This document shows positions 7,862 to 11,341 of a stretch of 11,341 nt of DNA, one piece after another (position 1 is the first letter of the stretch; the number at the start of each line of letters is the position of its first letter). The stretch comes from Verrucomicrobiota bacterium. GTDB taxonomy: Bacteria > Verrucomicrobiota > Verrucomicrobiia > Limisphaerales > Palsa-1400. The translations under genes and the position numbers were made by a program. Where the stretch lies: positions 1 to 11,341 of the forward strand of contig JBEKYR010000074.1 of NCBI GenBank assembly GCA_049510745.1, given 5' to 3'. Under the pieces are notes generated by a model that was given only the letters and a program-made list of their open reading frames with translations, did not search any database and had not been told where the DNA came from.

Positions 7862-7952
7862 GGAGGGCAGGCAGATATAAGCTGGCTGCGCCTGTCCCGA
7901 AAACAGGATCGGCTCAAACCCGAGGTCGGAGCGTTACCGACGCCCTCCGCCA
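7862..7952 (+). tRNA. trnS: tRNA-Ser(CGA), C33
   Basis: GGAGGGC/GCCCTCC, G73, CCA; CCTGT-ccCGAaa-ACAGG; long variable arm; T loop AGCGTTA. Confidence 0.88.
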
Positions 7953-7986
7953 GCCTTCGCTCTCCGAGCTACGGCTCGGCAAGCCA
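7953..7986. repeat. Minimal REP-like spacer module
   Basis: GCCTTCGC-tctccga-GCTACGGCTCGGCAAGCCA. Confidence 0.75.
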
Positions 7987-8014
7987 ATTCAAACCCTTAA
8001 CGAAAGGAAATCCC

Positions 8015-8170
8015 ATGAAGCCCGTCCTGCGCTATCAAAGCCAGTTGCTCTTTCGCAAGAGCTATAAACCACGTCGTGTCATTCGCATCCGACCGACCGT
8101 AAAGCTGAATCTTGTGTTCCGCCCTGCGCACCGGTTCGGCGTGAAACCGCAATTAATCACCGTCTCGTAG
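8015..8170 (+). CDS. Small highly basic hypothetical protein (51 aa)
   Basis: GAAAGGAA Shine-Dalgarno-like motif before ATG; 13 K/R, no D/E; stop overlaps 5' end of tRNA-Ile. Confidence 0.5.
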   Translation: MKPVLRYQSQLLFRKSYKPRRVIRIRPTVKLNLVFRPAHRFGVKPQLITVS

Positions 8171-8231
8171 CTCAAAAGCAGAGCCTCCGGTCGATAACCG
8201 GAAGAAGCAGGAGCGTTACCTGCCGGGACGA
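8161..8231 (+). tRNA. trnI: tRNA-Ile(GAT), C33, CCA displaced by insertion
   Basis: CGTCTCG/CGGGACG, A73; GCTC/GAGC D stem; TCCGG-tcGATaa-CCGGA; T loop AGCGTTA. Confidence 0.82.
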
Positions 8232-8363
8232 TCCGCCTTCGCCCTTCGGGCTACGGCGGACAGGCCAGCCTTCGCTCTTCGCTGCGCTACGAGCTACGGC
8301 TCGGCAAGCCCTGCGAATTCGCACTGAAGTTCATCGCGCCGTAGCGCGTAGCGCGAAGGCGGA
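8232..8363. repeat. Composite REP-like spacer (three units)
   Basis: TCCGCCTTCGCC..GCTACGGCGGA, GCCTTCGC..GCTACGGCTCGGCAAGCC and inverted CGCCGTAGC..GCGAAGGCGGA. Confidence 0.75.
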
Positions 8364-8438
8364 CCCCGAGTAGCTGAGGCAGATTAGCGCCTCCCTGAAG
8401 AGGAGGAGACGTTGGCGCGATACCAACCTCGGGGGCCA
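8364..8438 (+). tRNA. trnF: tRNA-Phe(GAA)
   Basis: CCCCGAG/CTCGGGG, CCA; CCTCC-ctGAAga-GGAGG; T loop CGCGATA; unusual G73. Confidence 0.85.
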
Positions 8439-8459
8439 TTTGTTGGCCCTATGCAAGTA

Positions 8460-8537
8460 GTCCGTGAATGCAAAGCAGCTCGCGCAGCCGGCCCTTCAAG
8501 CCGGGCCTAATCGGTGCAAGTCCGATCACGGATGCCA
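8460..8537 (+). tRNA. trnE: tRNA-Glu(TTC), C33
   Basis: GTCCGTG/CACGGAT, G73, CCA; CCGGC-ccTTCaa-GCCGG; ATCGG-tgcaagt-CCGAT. Confidence 0.85.
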
Positions 8538-8542
8538 CTCTT

Positions 8543-8639
8543 AAATGCAGAATTGAGAATGCAGAATGCAGAATTGCGTCAAACGCAGTGGGGCTTGGCG
8601 CCTTTTCATTCTTCATTCATCATTCTGCCTTCTGCATTT
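8543..8639. repeat. Inverted heptamer-repeat hairpin (GAATGCA)n...(CATTCT)n without cargo ORF
   Basis: AAATGCAGAA (8543-8552) complementary to TTCTGCATTT (8630-8639); 7-nt periodicity on both arms. Confidence 0.75.
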
Positions 8640-8646
8640 CCGCAAA

Positions 8647-8722
8647 GCCCCCGTGCCTCAGAAGCGACAGGGCGAGTTTCGTAAACTCGTAATCGTCGGT
8701 GCGAGTCCGACCAGGGGCTCCA
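8647..8722 (+). tRNA. trnT: tRNA-Thr(CGT)
   Basis: GCCCCCG/CAGGGGC (one mismatch), CCA; CGAGT-ttCGTaa-ACTCG; GTCGG-tgcgagt-CCGAC. Confidence 0.85.
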
Positions 8723-8820
8723 ATTCAGTCAGTGAATTGATGGTTCAGTGAATGAGCGAGGGGGACGGGTTTATGGCCGCTTGCCTCCAATTCACTGACT
8801 CAGTGATTCGCTGATTCTCA
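8723..8820. repeat. Inverted degenerate octamer-repeat hairpin
   Basis: AGTCAGTGAATTG complementary to CAATTCACTGACT; AGTGAAT/ATTCACT-type units. Confidence 0.65.
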
Positions 8821-8832
8821 AACTGTTTTCCT

Positions 8833-8907
8833 GGTGATCATGATGTAACAGCAGCATCACGCCCCGTGACGGCGTTTGTGCCGGTGCGAATCCGGTTGGT
8901 CACCCCA
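8833..8907 (+). tRNA. trnH: tRNA-His(GTG), C33
   Basis: G-1:C73, GTGATCA/TGGTCAC, CCA; ACGCC-ccGTGac-GGCGT; T loop TGCGAAT. Confidence 0.88.
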
Positions 8908-8918
8908 ATTTCGACAGG

Positions 8919-9049
8919 CCGAAGTTGATCGGTGAGGCATGACCTCCAACGGCTTCACCCTCTCCGACCCAAACGACCGCGGGATGCTGGACGTGGTTGG
9001 CTTCGACACGACGGTGCCGGCGGTCATCGCGGACTTTGTTCGCGAATAG
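8919..9049 (+). pseudogene. C-terminal remnant of Ro60/Rsr (TROVE-vWA) RNA-binding protein
   Basis: 8936-9049 translates [37 protein letters not shown], matching the conserved Ro60 C-terminus (F(S/T)[16 protein letters not shown]); PKLI just upstream in another frame. Confidence 0.8.
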
Positions 9050-9110
9050 CGAACGGTTCAAGGACGCCAGGAACAACGCGGGCGGAGGCGAGAATCTCCG
9101 CCCGCTCTTT
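9029..9110 (+). repeat. 82-bp direct repeat copy 1 (Ro60 3' end plus terminator-like hairpin)
   Basis: 75/82 identical to 9783-9864; contains GCGGGCGGAG-n8-CTCCGCCCGC followed by TCTTTTT. Confidence 0.9.
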
Positions 9111-9144
9111 TTCACTTAAACCCTTCACAATTATGAAAGGACGT

Positions 9145-9750
9145 ATGAAAACTAAGCGCACCAAACGCCAATCCAAATTGACGTTCAGGTTGAGATCTTA
9201 CGGCAGCTACATTGACGAGGCCTATCAACTTGAAGCGACGCTTGCCAAGAAGCCTGCTCGTCTGCAGATCGACATGGTGGGATCAGGCGAGATTCCGCCC
9301 GATGCCGCGCTCCTCATGCGATCCATCCTGCAAAAACGATCGCCCAAGACGCGTCTTGTCACGAACGCGCGCTCCAGTCTTCAAGGATCTTCCGTTCTCA
9401 TCTGGTTGCTCGGCGACACGAGAATCATCCGCGAAGACGCGCGCCTGCAGTTCCGTTCCGCCGGCGCATTCTCAACCGATGCCGATACGGCTTGGAAAGA
9501 TCGCAGCTTCTTCGATGACGACCCATTCGAAGAAGAGGACTACCTCAAGGTGCTTCAAGCTATCAACGAATTCCTTCCCGTTAAGGAATTAGCCGGACAT
9601 CCGATCGAAGTCCCGGTCTTGAAGGAATTTGGACTGGTGGACAACGAAAAGCTGGACGACTTGCTCGCCACCGCCTTTCAAACGGCGAAAGAAACCGGCG
9701 AAAAGCAGCGGCCAAAGCCTAAAACGATTGCGAAAGTACCAAGCCAGTGA
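9145..9750 (+). CDS. Hypothetical protein, divergent ClpP/crotonase-like fold, probably non-catalytic
   Basis: AAAGGA RBS before ATG 9145 (alternative ATG 9133); LQIDMVGSG...LVTNARSSLQGSSVLIWLLGDTR...ARLQFR and LKEFGLVD align by eye with ClpP motifs. Confidence 0.65.
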   Translation: MKTKRTKRQSKLTFRLRSYGSYIDEAYQLEATLAKKPARLQIDMVGSGEIPPDAALLMRSILQKRSPKTRLVTNARSSLQGSSVLIWLLGDTRIIREDARLQFRSAGAFSTDADTAWKDRSFFDDDPFEEEDYLKVLQAINEFLPVKELAGHPIEVPVLKEFGLVDNEKLDDLLATAFQTAKETGEKQRPKPKTIAKVPSQ

Positions 9751-9782
9751 CTCCGACGAAGACGGCGGCACTGAAGCCTGAT

Positions 9783-9864
9783 GCGGACTTTGTTCGTGAA
9801 ACGCGAACGGTTCAAGGACGCCAGGAACAACGCGGGCGGAGGCGGAAGTCTCCGCCCGCCCTTT
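9783..9864 (+). repeat. 82-bp direct repeat copy 2
   Basis: 75/82 identical to 9029-9110; hairpin stem conserved, loop diverged. Confidence 0.9.
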
Positions 9865-9903
9865 AATCTGGATAACAACTCTGCTTTGAAGTTTAAGTGA
9901 TGT

Positions 9904-10650
9904 ATGCGTTTGCACGTTCTCTGTGATCTGCACTTGGAATTTGGGCCGGTCAGAATCCCGCCCGCCGATGCCGATGTGGTGGTGTTGGCCGGAGACATTG
10001 ATCTTGATCGCGGGGGTTGCCAATGGGCGCAATCCCACTTTCCAGTCAAACCCGTCATTTATGTTTTGGGCAATCACGAGTTTTATCGCCATTCCTTGCC
10101 AGCCTTGACAGAGGATTTAAAACGGGAAACTGAAAACAGCCATATTCATGTGCTTGAAAACGACGCCGTCGAAATCGGCGGCTACACGTTTCTGGGATGC
10201 ACGTTGTGGACCGATTTTCAATTGTCAGGCGACGCGGAAGCAGCGATGCGGGTCGCAGAGGGGTTGATGAACGATTACAGGGTCATTCAGTTTAACCCCA
10301 AAAATCGCGCGTTGCGTGCCAGCGACACCGTTCGGCTGCATACCGAGTCCGTCGCCTGGATGCGCAAGGCTTTGGCGAAATGCAATCCCGCGCGCACTAT
10401 CGTGGTGACACATCATGCGCCGAGCGCCCGGGCCGAGGCCCCATATCATGCCGACAGCCCGCTCAAGCCGGCATTTTCGTCCAACTTGGATAATTTGATT
10501 GAGAAGAGCGGCGTTCCGTTGTGGATTTTCGGGCACACGCATTACAACGTGGAATACACGATTGGTTCCACCCGCGTCTTGACGAATCAGCGCGGTTATC
10601 CATCGGAAGGGTGTCGAGGCTTCGATCCTGGGTTGGTCATCGAAGTCTGA
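9904..10650 (+). CDS. Calcineurin-like metallophosphoesterase
   Basis: 248 aa; DLH, LAGD, GNHE, THH, GHTH metal-binding motifs, TNQRGY C-terminus. Confidence 0.93.
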   Translation: MRLHVLCDLHLEFGPVRIPPADADVVVLAGDIDLDRGGCQWAQSHFPVKPVIYVLGNHEFYRHSLPALTEDLKRETENSHIHVLENDAVEIGGYTFLGCTLWTDFQLSGDAEAAMRVAEGLMNDYRVIQFNPKNRALRASDTVRLHTESVAWMRKALAKCNPARTIVVTHHAPSARAEAPYHADSPLKPAFSSNLDNLIEKSGVPLWIFGHTHYNVEYTIGSTRVLTNQRGYPSEGCRGFDPGLVIEV

Positions 10651-10656
10651 GAAAAC

Positions 10657-10731
10657 ATCCCGTTGGCCGAGCAGCCCAGGCGGCGGTCTGCAGAACCGCA
10701 AAGGCTGGTGCAACCCCAGCACGGGATTCCA
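10657..10731 (+). tRNA. trnC: tRNA-Cys(GCA)
   Basis: ATCCCGT/ACGGGAT, U73, CCA; GCGGT-ctGCAga-ACCGC; GCTGG-tgcaacc-CCAGC. Confidence 0.88.
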
Positions 10732-10737
10732 ATTCTC

Positions 10738-10809
10738 CGGGCATAGGTGTTGAGAGAAACACGCCGGTCTTCCAAACCGGAATACAGGGCGCGATACCCC
10801 GATGCCCGA
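10738..10809 (+). tRNA. trnG: tRNA-Gly(TCC), atypical acceptor end, CCA displaced
   Basis: CGGGCAT/ATGCCCG; GTGT/ACAC D stem; CCGGT-ctTCCaa-ACCGG; T loop CGCGATA; ends uncertain by 1 nt. Confidence 0.75.
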
Positions 10810-10874
10810 TCCGCCTTCGCCGGGGGCTACGGCGGACAGGCCAGCCTTCGCCAAGGCTACGGCTTGGCAAGCCA
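10810..10874. repeat. Composite REP-like spacer (two units)
   Basis: TCCGCCTTCGCC-ggg-GGCTACGGCGGACAGG-CCA-GCCTTCGC-caag-GCTACGGCTTGGCAAGCCA. Confidence 0.75.
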
Positions 10875-10878
10875 CTTC

Positions 10879-10956
10879 CGCGACGCGAACACCGGTGCCG
10901 GCCAGGGTTTCACAGACCTGGCTGCGGTGGTTCAACTCCGCCTTCGTGTCGCGTCC
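10879..10956 (+). tRNA. tRNA-like element, best read as aberrant tRNA-Val(CAC)
   Basis: 11-bp closing stem CGCGACGCGAA/TTCGTGTCGCG, GCCAGG..ttCACag..CCTGGC arm with a bulge, GGTGG-ttcaact-CCGCC T arm, no full CCA. Confidence 0.45.
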
Positions 10957-11031
10957 GGGTTGCAAACTTTTACAGTGAAGTCCCGGCTCTTAACCGGCGA
11001 GAACGCGGTGCAATTCCGCGGCAACCCACCA
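10957..11031 (+). tRNA. trnK: tRNA-Lys(CTT)
   Basis: GGGTTGC/GCAACCC, A73, CCA; CCGG-ctCTTaa-CCGG; CGCGG-tgcaatt-CCGCG. Confidence 0.87.
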
Positions 11032-11140
11032 AATTCAGTCAATGAGTTTACGAATTAGTGAATCAGTGAATTTGCATCGGAACATCATCATCGTTGAATT
11101 CACAAACTCACTAACTCATTGATTCATCAATTCACTCATT
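11032..11140. repeat. Inverted degenerate octamer-repeat hairpin
   Basis: TCAATGAGTT..AGTGAATC-AGTGAATT versus AATTCAC..AACTCACT-AACTCATTGA; same family as 8723-8820. Confidence 0.65.
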
Positions 11141-11146
11141 GGTTTC

Positions 11147-11223
11147 GCTCCCGTAGCTCAAAGTATTAGAGTGCGACGCTTCGAACGTCGCGGTTGCAGG
11201 TGAGAGTCCTGCCGGTAGTGCCA
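11147..11223 (+). tRNA. trnR: tRNA-Arg(TCG)
   Basis: GCTCCCG/CGGTAGT (one mismatch), CCA; CGACG-ctTCGaa-CGTCG; GCAGG-tgagagt-CCTGC. Confidence 0.85.
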
Positions 11224-11230
11224 CTTTCAC

Positions 11231-11314
11231 GGGCATGTGGTTCAACCCGAACAGCAGAGGGTCCAGACTCAGACTCTGGCAGCCTTGGGGGTGCAAGTCC
11301 CTTCATGCCCACCA
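11231..11314 (+). tRNA. trnL: tRNA-Leu(CAG), short variable region, enlarged D region
   Basis: GGGCATG/CATGCCC, A73, CCA; CCAGA-ctCAGac-TCTGG; 7-nt variable region; T loop TGCAAGT. Confidence 0.72.
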
Positions 11315-11341
11315 GCCTTCGCTTGCAGCGCAGCCAGAGCA

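Noticed and set aside
8932..9144. N-terminal extension of the 272-aa ORF 8932-9750
   Set aside because: Crosses the Ro60 remnant (other frame) and a terminator-like hairpin; an RBS supports a start at 9145 or 9133.
10879..10956. tRNA-Sec / opal suppressor reading (TCA in ttTCAca)
   Set aside because: No long variable arm or Sec-type D stem, pairing around a TCA-centred loop is poorer than for CAC, and no sel genes are nearby.
7157..11341. CRISPR array suggested by recurring GCCTTCGC/GCTACGGC motifs
   Set aside because: Repeats vary in length and orientation, the intervening units are tRNAs, and no cas genes are present.

Overview
GC-rich bacterial window; repeat style suggests a Verrucomicrobiota-like organism (inference). 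The left half (1-5733) holds dinB, a decayed Hen1-[hypothetical]-Pnkp RNA-repair operon in which hen1 and pnkp each lost their middle but kept both termini, an ACT-domain malic enzyme and a SAM O-methyltransferase. The right half (about 5900 to the window end, continuing beyond) is one + strand unit. It starts with a promoter carrying an internal palindrome, then a 56-codon leader ORF using all 20 amino acids and 46 different sense codons, whose last codons can pair with the 5' arm of the following intrinsic terminator. A structured leader with a boxA-like motif precedes an array of about 20 atypical tRNAs, roughly one per amino acid, which share a non-canonical elbow (G55) and often have C33. 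Interspersed are REP-like and 7/8-mer inverted-repeat spacers, an antisense four-helix-bundle gene, a small basic ORF, a Ro60/TROVE remnant, a ClpP-like ORF between 82-bp direct repeats and a metallophosphoesterase. Best hypothesis: a backup tRNA/RNA-repair operon released by a pan-codon translational attenuator. All calls were made by eye.
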